From Antedon mediterranea (lineage: Eukaryota > Animalia > Echinodermata), in NCBI RefSeq assembly GCF_964355755.1, contig NC_092675.1, forward strand, positions 10,039,812 to 10,103,811: a stretch of DNA of 64,000 bases, given 5' to 3'. The notes under the pieces are model-generated. The model was not told the DNA's origin, ran no database searches, and saw only the letters and a list, made by a program, of their open reading frames with translations. Positions 12,177 through 24,275 of this stretch are shown one piece after another (position 1 is the stretch's first letter; every line of letters begins with the position of its first letter). The position numbers and the translations under genes were made by a program.

Positions 12177-15113
12177 CAGTGGTGGCGCCAGCGGGGGGGC
12201 TACGGGGGCTCTAGCCCCCTCGTCGGGGAGCCTAGCCCCCCCGTCGGGGAACACGGGTACTTTTTGTCGGGGAATATAATATACAGTAAAAAATGTTCGC
12301 GTTCACTTCATATAGCTTCAGCGCCTAGAAAACCACGACGTTCCATTGACCGTGAGAGTACGTCAGAGGGCTATTATGCACTTTTATGCATTCATTTATT
12401 GCCAGCGATCTAACTTACTACTAAACATTAGCTAGGTACGCACTTGTCTGGCGGTATCCCTTTGTACGAATCGTTCAACGTTGGGTCGACACGCGTGATA
12501 TCAAGTTCCATCCAGGGACCAAAATGTGTAATGTAGTTATTTTCCAGGCGAAGTTTACCGGCGGTTACCAAAGGGAATACGGGTACTTTTTGTCGGGGAA
12601 TATAATATACAGTAAAAAGCGTTCGCGTTCACTTCGTAGCTAGCTTCAGCGCCTAGAAAACCGCGACGTTTCATTGACCGTGAGAGTACGTCTCAGAGTG
12701 ATATTATGCACTTTATATGCATTCATTATTGCCAGCGATCTAACTTACTACTAAACAACAGGGGCGCAGCCAGCAAAAAATTAAAGGGGGGGTCAACCAA
12801 TATGTGAGTATTTTGCGAGCGAAGCGAGCAACCATGGGCTGGGGGCCAGGGGGCCGCCAAGGGCCCCCGGTTGGGGTCCAGGGGGCTTTGCCCCCTGGAA
12901 GCTTTGGCGGTCTAGGGCAATCTAGATCATTTGAATCGGTTTACGCACACACAAATATGACAATGTTAACACTAAAAAACTGAAACAAAGAAAACAAAAA
13001 ACAACTCTCATTTTCATTACAGAACATTTTTATATTCCAGGCTGCCACAGACAAACACTTTTTTTCTTGCTTGTTTGTTGATTTGTGTAGAGAGGCTGTA
13101 AACTCAGAGGAGGAATTATTTGAATTCCTCCCTTTTCACCAATACAAAAGTTGCATGAAATGAACGTAGAGATGCAAAAGTTTGAAAAAAGAAATTAGAA
13201 TGATAGCATGGAGGGAGTGATATTATTAAATGAGAACCGTAAGGTTAGAGTTCATACACTGTGCAAGTCCAAGAAGCTATCTTGGCTCCGTGTGTATGTG
13301 AGACGCTTATCATACCCAGTACATACAATATTTTGTTTAAAAATATACCTATTTTGTTCGAATGTATAGTATAGGTGATAGCTTATACATAATTGTAATA
13401 ACTAACTTCTAAATTATTATCATACATTTTACGTTAGTTACTATAACGGCGCTCTTGACATCGCGTGATGCATCTTTAAACATAAGTTTGGAACATACAT
13501 TCTTCTTGGCTTGGAGACAGAATTCGCGAATGACATTCTCTGTATTAATGTTCATGTTCATGTTAAAGTGTATGTTCATGAGGCACAATCCCAAAAGCTG
13601 CTCATAAGACATGTGATTTCCCAAACAGGTTTTCGTTCTCCATAAAGTCGAAAAACTCAGACGTTACGGGCATAGGCCTACGCGATTAGAAGAAGTGCAC
13701 GCACATTCGGGAACACATCTGGATCCGCTAATTTTACACAGTCGCTTCCATCACTGAAGCTCGGAATGAAGATGTTCGTGTCTTGGCAGATCATCGTACC
13801 AAATTCAAGTTCCTTGAAGACTTCTTCAACATTACACTTCACTATAGACTCGGGTGCTACGCCAAATATTTTAAAGCATGGCCTGTTATCGGCAGAAAAA
13901 CGGGTTTTTAACTCGGTTTGTAATCAAGAAGTTGATTTGGTAATACTGCTCGGTAGTAATCTTCCACAGTATCTCCAGGATGATTTGATCTGTATTGTTG
14001 TCTCATGTTTTTATTTATTTTTTCTAAAAAAAAAGGGGGGGGGGGTCAGGACCCCCGTGACCCCCCCACTGGCTGCGCCCCTGAACAATAGCTAGGTTCG
14101 CACTTGTCTGTCGGTATCCCTTTGTACGAATCGTTCAACGTTGGGTCGAGACGCGTGATATCATGTTCCATCCAGGGACCAAAATGTGTACTGTAGTTAT
14201 TTTCCAGGCGGAGTTTACTGACGACGGTTACGTCGTGTACTGCGTCGACGTACGCTACACTACAGCAGCAAAAACGAATTATGTTAATTGTTCGTATGTT
14301 CACCAATTTTTTAATTTACAAGTAACCTTCTCTGTACCGTGGGGCACCTAAAATAAATTTTTCATCCATTACTAAACAAAAAAACATGCCATTTTCGCTT
14401 AGCCAACAACTTATTATAGCTAAGTTATTACATTTTCAATGTCCTGTATGTCATGAATTTCTCACCACTCGGAAGTCCAGATGGTACGCACGCATACACT
14501 TGGGAGGAATAAACTTATTTCCCCGACTGAAAAAGGTCTACGCTTGCGTTTTTTAAGCCTCTAGGCCTGATGTTTCCAAAGTATAAAATGCAATTTTTTG
14601 AAGACCTGCAGCTCTAGTTTTAAACAGTTTCTTAGCTCAGCCCCAACAATAAAGCTGGTCATATTTCGAAGTACAAGAAGTGCATTTTCCGGGACCTAAC
14701 ATCTCTTAGCTCAGTCACAACCATGATAGGGACTTATATATTTTGTTTCATGTTTTAAAGTATAATAAGTCCAATTTCCGGGACCTCCAACTCTATTTTT
14801 CTAAATTTTCTTTGAAATTTTATTTTTTAAATTGAAAAATATGGATTGAAACAGTCATCGCGCATCGTTTTTTTGCACGCAGTATTTTATTTATGCATTA
14901 TAAAAAATGGAAAAAATGGCTACCCTAAATCTGATTAAAATGACCTCAAATGACGCTAGAACGCGTTGCTTCCGGGGGCTTCGCCCCCTGGATCCCCACC
15001 GGGGGCCCTTGGCGGCCCCCTGGCCCCCAGCCTAGTGATGCTCGCTTCGCTTGCATAGCCCCCTCGTCGGGGAATGTAGCCCCCGTGTCGGCAAGATCCT
15101 GGCGCCACCCCTG
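12177..15113. mobile_element. Non-autonomous hAT element inserted in the left TIR of the foldback element
   Basis: TIR CAGTGGTGGCGCCAG / CTGGCGCCACCCCTG, 8-bp TSD CTCCTCAG (12169-12176 and 15114-15121), subterminal TAGCCCCC repeats, internal ~320-bp tandem duplication starting near 12253 and 12578. Confidence 0.9.
12759..14083 (-). mobile_element. Internally deleted hAT element with a 5-bp TSD, nested in the outer hAT
   Basis: Perfect 15-bp TIR CAGGGGCGCAGCCAG, flanked by AACAA on both sides. The minus strand at about 13480-13990 carries a frameshifted hAT C-terminal dimerisation remnant (FPNVRALL...LGNHMSYEQLLGLCLMNIH...VIREF). Confidence 0.85.
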
Positions 15114-15159
15114 CTCCTCAGCTATATAGGCTAATACACATGAAATTATGAAATTACAT

Positions 15160-16843
15160 GACATTTATTATTTGTCATCCTTCAGGGCAGGTATTGTATG
15201 ATTCCACTGTACATAGCCGTATACCTGCCCTGACGTATGACAAATAAGACAGCATTATTTTATTATTTGTCATCCTTCAGGGCAGGATTGTATGATTCCA
15301 CTGTACATAGTCGTATACCTGCCCTGACGTATGACAAATAAGATATTGATTATTTGTCATCCTTCAGGGCAGGTATGGTATGGTTCCACTGTACATAGTC
15401 GTATACCTGCCCTGACGTATGACAAATAAGACATTTAATATTTGTCATCCTTCAGGACAGGTATTCCACTGTACATAGCCGTATACCTGCCCTGACGTAT
15501 GACAAATAAGACATTTATTATTTGTCATCCTCCAGGGCAGGTTATTGTATGATTCCACTGTACATAGTCGTATACCTGCCCTGACGTATGACAAATAAGA
15601 CATTTATTATTTGTCAGCCTTCAGGGCAGGTATTGTATGATTCCACTGTACATAGCCGTATACCTGCCCTGATGTATGACAAATAAGACATTTATTATTT
15701 GTCATCCTTCAGGGCAGGTATTGTATGATTTCACTGTACATAGTTGTATACCTGCCCTGACGACGTATGACAAATAAGATATTGATTATTTGTCATCCTT
15801 CAGGGCAGGTATTGTATGATTCCACTGTACATAGCCGTATACCTGCCCTGACGTATGACAAATAAGACATTTATTATTTGTCATCCTTCAGGGCAGGTAT
15901 TGTATGATTCCACTGTACATAGTCGTATACCTGCCCTGACGTATGACAAATAAGATATTTATTATTTGTCATCCTTCAGGGCAGGTATTGTATGATTCCA
16001 CTGTACATAGCCGTATAACTGCCCTGACGTATGACAAATAAGACATTTATTATTTGTCATCCTTCAGGGCAGGTATTGTATGATTCCACTGTACATAGCC
16101 GTATACCTGCCCTGACGTATGACAAATAAGACATTTATTATTTGTCATCCTTCAGGGCAGGTATTGTATGATTCCACTGTACATAGTCGTATACCTGCCC
16201 TGACGTATGACAAATAAGATATTTATTATTTGTCATCCTTCAGGGCAGGTTGATTGTATGATTCCACTGTACATAGCCGTATACCTGCCCTGATGTATGA
16301 CAAATAAGACATTTATTATTTGTCATTCTTCAGGGCAGGTATTGTATGATTCCACTGTACATAGCCGTATACCTGCCCTGACGTATGACAAATAAGACAT
16401 TTATTATTTGTCATCCTTCAGGGCAGGTATTGTATGATTCCACTGTACATAGTTGTATACCTGCCCTGACGTATGACAAATAAGATATTGATTATTTGTC
16501 ATCCTTCAGGGCAGGTATTGTATGATTCCACTGTACATAGTCGTATACCTGCCCTGGCGTATGACAAATAAGATATTTATTATTTGTCATCCTTCAGGGC
16601 AGGTATTGTATGATTCCACTGTACATAGTCGTATACCTGCCCTGACGTATGACAAATAAGATATTGATTATTTGTCATCCTTCAGGGCAGGTATTGTATG
16701 ATTCCACTGTACATAGTCGTATACCTGCCCTGGCGTATGACAAATAAGATATTTATTATTTGTCATCCTTCAGGGCAGGTTGATTGTATGATTCCACTGT
16801 ACATAGTCGTATACCTGCCCTGACGTATGACAAATAAGATATC
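15160..16843 (+). repeat. Tandem array of about 19 palindromic 88-bp units (left arm of the foldback element)
   Basis: Unit TATTTGTCATCCTTCAGGGCAGGTATTGTATGATTCCACTGTACATAGYCGTATACCTGCCCTGACGTATGACAAATAAGAYATTTAT, period 88 (for example 15881, 15969, 16057). Confidence 0.97.
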
Positions 16844-18189
16844 GATAGTCTAATCTATACCTTACTAATTCTCTAAATGATTATGTTGAATTCGAACTAT
16901 TATTTACTTTACTATTATGTTATGTTATGTTATGTTAAAAAATGTTGCAAATTTAGATTTTGTTGCCTTTTTTCATATATACATCACTAGTGTCTCGTGT
17001 GTAATTAAAACAATATTTAAATCGAGTTATAATAATTATGTACAATAATCGGTACCGGTGTCGATCACTATGAGTGTAATTATTTAGTTTATCTGAAAAA
17101 TATTCTTAAATTATATTATTTTGATCGAAATAATGATTTTGATATAATATTGATTGTTCAAAATGTTACCCTAAAATACAAATCTGCTGTTGGTTATTTT
17201 AAGTGTTTTATTTATTATTCTAAAATAAAGATATATTATTTCAATTATAAAATAAAAGTCACTCGTTATCGTGAATGTGTTTGTATTATCAACATTGTTG
17301 ATCACGAATGGAGCCTCGGGTATTTGAGCTGTTGGGTACGGTACCGAATAAAGTGAAGAAAAAAAAACATTTTTTTTCAAAAATGATTACATACTTCATG
17401 GATAAACCCATTTTGGGTGAGTTCCTAAGAGTTTGATGTTTGATGATTTGGTACAGGAAACAACTGCTCTCTTTATTTATTGTTTTAGCATTCTACTGTG
17501 TATTTATTGTCAGTCCGAGTCCGTATCACGTATTTCTAACTCAGCTGAACGCCATTTAGGCTATGGGGCATGAGCCAAAAAGAGGCCTAGAAAACGAATT
17601 TCGTGATCTCCTAACGGGGGGGAGGAAGATATTCACACAGTTTATAGTTAATAATTAGATTAACACAAATTCAGCCGGTCCCGCTTTCAAAAGTTACGCA
17701 ATAAGTGTAATTTTAGGTGTAAAAAAATCGAATTTCTCAACATAAAGAAATACATAGAAATAGCGCCCTCTATTTTGTATATTTTCTGTTAGTGTTAGTA
17801 CTGGATAAAATACAATCGTTCCATTGGAATAACTTATACTGTATCTTTCTTTCACATTTAACATGCAATATTTTTATCATAATTTTGAGATTAATATTGT
17901 AGTCCATGTAAGAAATGTATCTGTTAGTAAACCTTAATTAATATTTATTTAAGCACACTGAAAAGAAGATGCATTTTCAATCTTTATAATTCATGACTAT
18001 GCTGTCACAAAATATTTATTAATATTATCTCTCCTATATAATTGCAACTTTTTGTTTTCATTGGATGCATAACATAGAATTATAATCAATTAGTAATAAA
18101 TCAAATGTTGCATTATTGTTTTCATTGTAGATGTATAACATAGAATTATAATCAATTAGTAACAAATAAATGAAATTATTACAGCAAAG

Positions 18190-18650
18190 TTACTTATAAT
18201 ACTCCTGTTTCTTAATATTGCTTATCATCTCATGGGTTCTTTATTTTATACTTTCTCATGGTTCATCCGTTACGTTACAAAATAGTTAAGTTACAAAATA
18301 GTTTAATATACATTTACATTTTATAGGCATATTAATGTATTGTAAGCATCAAAGTAGAAAGTTTCTTATAATACTCCTGTGTCTTAATATCGCTTATCAT
18401 CTCATGGTTCATCCGTTACGTTACAAAATAGTTAAGTTACAAAATAGTTTAATATAAATTTACATTTTATAGGCATATTAATGTATTGTAAGCATCAAAG
18501 TAGAAAGTTTCTTATAATACTCCTGTGTCTTAATATTGCTTATCACCTCATGGGTTCTTTATTTATACTTTCTCATGGTTCATCCTTTACGTTACAAAAT
18601 AGTTAAGTTACAAAATAGTTTAATATAAATTTACATATTATAGGCCTATT
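18190..18650. repeat. Three imperfect tandem copies (~145-175 bp) in the Academ 3' region
   Basis: CTTATAATACTCCTGT...CTTAATAT.GCTTATCA and GTTACAAAATAGTTAAGTTACAAAATAGTTT each recur three times. Confidence 0.85.
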
Positions 18651-18719
18651 ACATTAAAATCATGTAGACCAAGTAAAATGAACATTTGTAAACCATAAAT
18701 TACACTTAAACTACACTAA

Positions 18720-19840
18720 AAAGTTCTTCCTGCTCAAACTCTTCCTCATCATCGCTATCATCTCCATCAATTTCAAACATCTGATGTATGAAGAAGATTG
18801 TTACAGTTTTTGCACGAGCATAATTCTGTACAAGAGAATCCTAAGGATACACAGCATTTTTCATTTGCAACCCCTTCATTGCATTTTGACTTTTTACATG
18901 ACCAGGATGACAATTCGAGAATGCTGTGTAGAGCAGGTTGCTTCTCCATCCAGTCAATTACGAGTTTATTATCGGCCATCTTCCACCCATTTCCAACAGG
19001 AGATGGAGCATTTTGTTGTTGAATAAAACTAGCTTTGTGAATTGAAGCTTGAGAATTGGCATGCTGAATATGTTTATATACAGTATCTTTATTGTGTGGC
19101 ATCATATTTTCAGCTCTTACATTCATTGAGAACATTGCATACCTTACTTCATTGACAGATTGGTTCTTGTGACAATACTGTACAGCCTACATACAAATGT
19201 TTCTAGATCACAAAGTAATTTATCTGAAAGTTTGCTGGTAGAATTGCCCAATGAAAAGAATGCATAAATTAGAGTTTTCCATTACGAGTTTCATTGCCTT
19301 CACTTTACCGTTCCCAAAAAAAGCGCTGACTGAATCGCATCCTGTAAAGCAATGTAGTCTAATTAATGCATTTGAAACATCATTTCCAATATGTTCCTGA
19401 ATAGCCTGCAGATGAATTGTTCGGAGATTAGCATCTTTTCCAGTATTGAAATATAGGTGAGAGCCATGCAGACTTTTGCAAAATGCCAATCCAATAATAA
19501 AAACATCATCAGTGTCAGGGCTGATTGTAACAATATCTTTACCACCATGGTGTGCAGCATACTTCGCATACAGAAACATTCTGGTGTCTGCCTCTTCTTG
19601 ATTAAAACTTTTCCATTTGATTCTGAAATAGAATTGCATAATAATGATGATGTTATGAATACATTTATTCCCTTGAGGTGATCTGCTTCACACATGCTTC
19701 ATATTTGAAAGAAGAACTTGATTAGCAGATAAAAATGTTTTCAACTGTTCTGGAATTTGCTGTTCGGCTTTTGGTATTTTAATTGTTTGTGAGCCGATGG
19801 CTACTCTTCGACTTCGTTCAGCATTTTTTATGCAGTTTGT
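18720..19840 (-). pseudogene. Academ transposase C-terminal remnant (XPG-like nuclease plus Cys8/CXC finger), frameshifted
   Basis: Motifs EEADTRM, SPDTDD.F, HCFTGCDSVSAF.G.GK, PSP..NGW and SCKKSKC...CTELCSC.NC.N, then an acidic tail, split over several frames. An N-terminal remnant (GCHKKCYQYFT) lies at about 20460-20790. Confidence 0.85.
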
Positions 19841-22152
19841 GTAATTGCTACATGTGATCGCAGAACTCTCCTTCGTTTAGTAACTCTTCTGTTGACTCTA
19901 ATCCTTGAAATTCTTCTGTAAAAAAAAAGAATACTAATTAATATTTATGATTCTAAATGTTTGTGTAATAAATATAATAATATAATCAGTTCAGTATCAT
20001 CTATACACTATTTAATATTGCAGTACAAGAATTCAAATAATATGTCTCAAATAACAACATAAAGCATCAGGTTGGTCCATTCTGTCCTTGCCTGAGGCTA
20101 CTTGCCAAGGTTTGCATGCATTACCACATTGAATAATAAAATGCAAATGTTTTTTCCCAAGATGGAGGTACCATCAAACTAGGTCCACTACACAATAATA
20201 CTGGGGCCACCCTAGCTAGGCCTAATTCATATTGTAATTATGGGTTCATTTTTTTGTTGGCCCAGATATTTAAAAAAAATTATATACTAGGCCTAGCCTA
20301 CTCTACGTAGGCTTAATACATATTAAAAAAATAAACTTTGTAGACTACCCACCGCCAACCTACCTAGTAGCTAGGCTTTTTTTAGCAAGGCAGTATGATA
20401 TGAACTAATTACTGGGCCTAGCTAGCCTAGGCTAGACCTATCATTAAAACAAATAGAATTTACCTTCTTCATTGTTGGATGAATTAACATCCTCTATTTC
20501 ATATTTTACTGCTCGCCTTTGTTTGCTACAATCAGTGAAATATTGATAGCATCTTTTTATGACATCCAGCGTCGCCAGGAATTGGTAACAAGTATTGGTA
20601 AAGCTCCTCTCAATATTTTCAAAAGGATTTGCGGCTACAAAACTCCTTTTGATTGCCGCTTAGATTGCACCAACTTTTTGTACACATTAAAAAAGTTTTC
20701 CATTTGGTTTCTGTGAATGTTAATATTGTCCCAGAATTAGATGTATTGTGTCAATAACAACGTTTTTGATCATCAGAAGATGACATCTTCCTGCTCCGCG
20801 CTCCAGAAGAACAACACATGTTTGTTTACGATCGTCTAGTAGCCGTATCCCGCTGTGTAAGGGAATCTGATTGGACAGTTACTGTTGCACAGCCCCATGA
20901 GTTAAAAGACAAATTTTTTGATTGGTCAATTGTGCGACCTGTACTGACCTACAAAAATTTTCTATATCGCAATAAAATACATATAAAAACAAACATATTT
21001 CGTTGACGCGTAAAATTTACAAGCGGGACCGGCCAGTTTAAGGTTATCTATATTTTTGTTATAATTGTCATAGCAATTTTATTCTCCCCCCCGATAGGGG
21101 ATCACGAAATGAAACGATAGAAGGCCATGCCCCATAGCCTAATTAGACGACATACGCACCGAGTATATAGCCGAATAGGGGGAAACTGCGGACCTTTAGG
21201 GCTGCTGTCTGAGCTTATGTACAGGATAAAGTTGCTGTCATTGGTGTTTTTGTCATCCCCAATATGTACTGCTGCCATTAAAAAAAGATTCAACCTTGTA
21301 TCGCTTCACATGAATAAACCCATTTGGGCGTGGCCCTAAAATGTTGCTGTTTGGCGCCCCGTACAGGATAAAGTTGCTGTCATTGGTGATGTAATCATTA
21401 GTAGCCCACTACGAATGATATCCAACAAAGTTTATCCTTGTATCGCTTCACATGAATAAATGCATTTTTACCCCCCTATGTTATGATCCCCACAGGCCCA
21501 ATGTACAGGCTGTGACCCGGCAGCAATGTCGAATATTGCATCTCGCCCTATACGCACCTTACTACATCATCAAACCTTTTGTATCTTTTCACAAGAATAA
21601 ATCTTCCGGGCGCCCGGTCTAATACCATGTAGGCCTACCTAAATGAAGAATCAGCCAAACAGAAAATGTGATGTTCTAAATGAATGTATTATTACATACA
21701 TTTATTTTTAAAATACAAAACTGTAAATAAAAGAAAGTAAAAATATTCAATCTAATGTTGAAAAATAAGAATTTCTTTTTAATGATCCAATATATTTGAA
21801 TCAAATCGTCGTAAAACTTACGTTTTTACTAATCTATAGTGCCTCATAGTATAGTCAATACAAGATTGCCATTAATATATATATATAGACAAACAGTCTA
21901 TGGTACTGGAAAAATATATATATAAATACGTACGAATGCGCATTTACTGCAGCAGGCCTCATATTTACAAACAGCGGGGAAAGTACCAGATTGCAATTTG
22001 TTTCACTTTTTACTTCATTCACGTTCATTATACAATTCCATTGTAGGCCTACAATGTCTATATTAGGCCTATGTATTTTGAGGCATAATAGTATTGAAAA
22101 AACATTACTTTTTTTTCACCATCTAGGTGTGCATTGTGTGGGCCTGTAGGAA

Positions 22153-22700
22153 ACGGCTATGTACAGTGGAATCATACAATACCTGCCCTGAAGGATGACA
22201 AATAATAAATGTTTTATTTGTCATACGTCAGGGCAGGTATACGGCTATGTACAGTGGAATCATACAATACCTGCCCTGAAGGATGACAAATAATAAATCT
22301 CTTATTTGTCATACGTCAGGGCAGGTATACGGCTATGTACAGTGGAACCATACAATACCTACCCTGAAGGCTGACAAATAATAAATGTCTTATTTGTCAT
22401 ACGTCAGGGCAGGTATACGGCTATGTACAGTGGAATCATACAATACCTGCCCTGAAGGATGACAAATAATAAATTTCTTATTTGTCATACGTCAGGGCAG
22501 GTATACGGCTATGTACAGGGGAATCATACAATACCTGCCCTGAAGGCTGACAAATAATAAATGTCTTATTTGTCATACGTCAGGGCAGGTATACGGCTAT
22601 GTACAGTGGAATCATACAATACCTGCCCTGAAGGATGACAAATAATAAATGTCTTATTTGTCATACGTCAGGGCAGGTATACGGCTATGTACAGTGGATT
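22153..22700 (-). repeat. About 6 copies of the same 88-bp unit in inverted orientation (right arm of the foldback element)
   Basis: CGGCTATGTACAGTGGAATCATACAATACCTGCCCTGAAGGATGACAAATA is the reverse complement of the left-array unit. Confidence 0.97.
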
Positions 22701-23557
22701 TACCGGAATCATAGTAGGCATAGAATGATTAAGTATTCGTTTACGTTGATTCTCCTTTTTCCTACAGCATAAACATAACCCGATTATGATATCTAATAAT
22801 ATCTTTTTCAAAAATGTTTGGTAGGCCTACACTTTAATTCCATGTATATTAACCTATATAGCTGTGGGATGTCTGGGAAAGCGATATACATTATATTTAA
22901 GTACTGTAATACGGTATAAAATAAGCGACGTGTGAGTAAATACTGCATGGCCGGACCGCAAGTAAAATACGATACATATATGATGACGTAGTAAATATCT
23001 ACACATGCGTAGAAGATCTCCTGGATTGGAGTAGGGAGATTTAGATCCTTCCGTTTGTCCAGATGTTTTAATGACCATTTAGTTTATAATAGAATCCCTA
23101 AAGAAAACACTTAGCTTAACTTTGCGACCGTTCCCATCGTAAAACAATTAGATTCTGACAGTTTTAAGCAGAGATTTGACAGGGCCAATTCATCATTGTA
23201 ACCTCCCCAGATAAGATCAATCACTCCCACTTAAACACCCGTGGATCAACTTAGGACCAATCGTTACCCTCACAGATGATGTAATGACATTATGCAAATG
23301 AACTGAGCCAATATACTCCCAAGTTTCAGAAGGGCCCAGACACACCTTACAGCCACCTCACGGAGCACACACCTCACAGCAGACCTACACACTTCACACC
23401 TCACTGACAGCATCATTGATCCTCCGCGTTCCTTATCTATACTTATAGTTGTATATTGTACTGAAGTATTATACTGAATAAATAATATATGTGTTACGAC
23501 AGTCAAGCGAGTCAGAGTCCTTCTTTAGTACAACAACACCCGCAACATTATATTACA

Positions 23558-23575
23558 TGGTGGAAGACCCGAATT
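23558..23575 (+). other. Primer-binding site of the Gypsy element
   Basis: TGGTGGAAGACCC... directly follows the LTR end TTACA. The cognate tRNA was not identified. Confidence 0.7.
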
Positions 23576-23687
23576 TCATAAGGAACGGAGTGAGAAAACA
23601 AGAAATAAACACTTAACAAGACACGAAGACGAAGACGAAGACAAAAATAACCATATTTGTTTGAAAGGAGAGAAATTTACTTTGACT

Positions 23688-23892
23688 CAAAAGACAAGCT
23701 GAAATTATATTTGAATGAGATCGAGACAAGCAGAAATTTTATCAAATTATTACCATTGGATGAAGACAAAAAAGATAATCGAGGAAGACACAAAAGACAA
23801 GCTGAAATTATATTTGAATGAAATCGAGACAAGCAGAAATTTTATGAAATTATAACCATTGGATAAAGACAAAGAAGATAATCGAGGAAGAC
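23688..23892 (+). repeat. ~105-bp tandem duplication in the Gypsy 5' leader
   Basis: AAAAGACAAGCTGAAATTATATTTGAATGA..ATCGAGACAAGCAGAAATTTTAT...GATAATCGAGGAAGAC occurs twice. Confidence 0.9.
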
Positions 23893-24275
23893 CCAAGAAG
23901 AATCAAAACAGAAGCAAGCGGACAAGAACTGTTTCGTTTAGAGACTTTCAACTTCACGCCGTTTTTTTTCGATCGTTTTTTTAACATTTACCTTTTTTGA
24001 ACATTGATGAACACCTATCGCATTTTTTTAATTCGTTGTTTGAAAATTTGAACATTGATGAGCACCTTTAACATTTCTTTAATTCGTTGTTTGAACATTT
24101 AGACATTTTTGAACACTTTTTGCATTCCTTTAATTCATTTTTAATTGGATCCGAAGCATTTGGGGTAAGTCAAAGCCATTTTGATTTTGATTTGTAACCT
24201 TTATTGAAAAAGTGAGAGTTTACATATATATACACTAAATTGTTTTGATATTTTGATTAATTAATATTATAAAGT

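Larger units (their letters stand above)
17557..21141 (-). mobile_element. Degenerate, internally deleted Academ (AcademX-type) DNA transposon
   Basis: Termini TAGGCTATGGGGCATG / CATGCCCCATAGCCTA with imperfect ~140-bp TIRs and 3-bp TSD ATT. Coding remnants of an XPG/FEN-like nuclease and a Cys-rich finger. Confidence 0.85.
11997..23052. mobile_element. Non-autonomous foldback/Mutator-like DNA transposon, 11,056 bp
   Basis: TIRs begin GGAAGGATCTAAATCTCCCTACTCCAATCCAGGAG (about 210 bp, the left one split by a hAT). The 9-bp TSD GTTTGTCCA is at 11988-11996 and 23053-23061, and the intact 3' LTR has a single copy. Inverted subterminal tandem arrays. No cognate transposase seen. Superfamily inferred from the TSD length and G-starting long TIRs. 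Confidence 0.9.

Noticed and set aside
15160-16843. CRISPR-like array (palindromic repeats at regular spacing)
   Set aside because: The intervening sequences are near identical rather than unique spacers, there are no cas genes, the context is eukaryotic, and the array is mirrored at the other end of a transposon.
15160-16843. Tandem hammerhead ribozymes or retrozyme
   Set aside because: No CUGANGA plus GAAA core in the correct arrangement on either strand.
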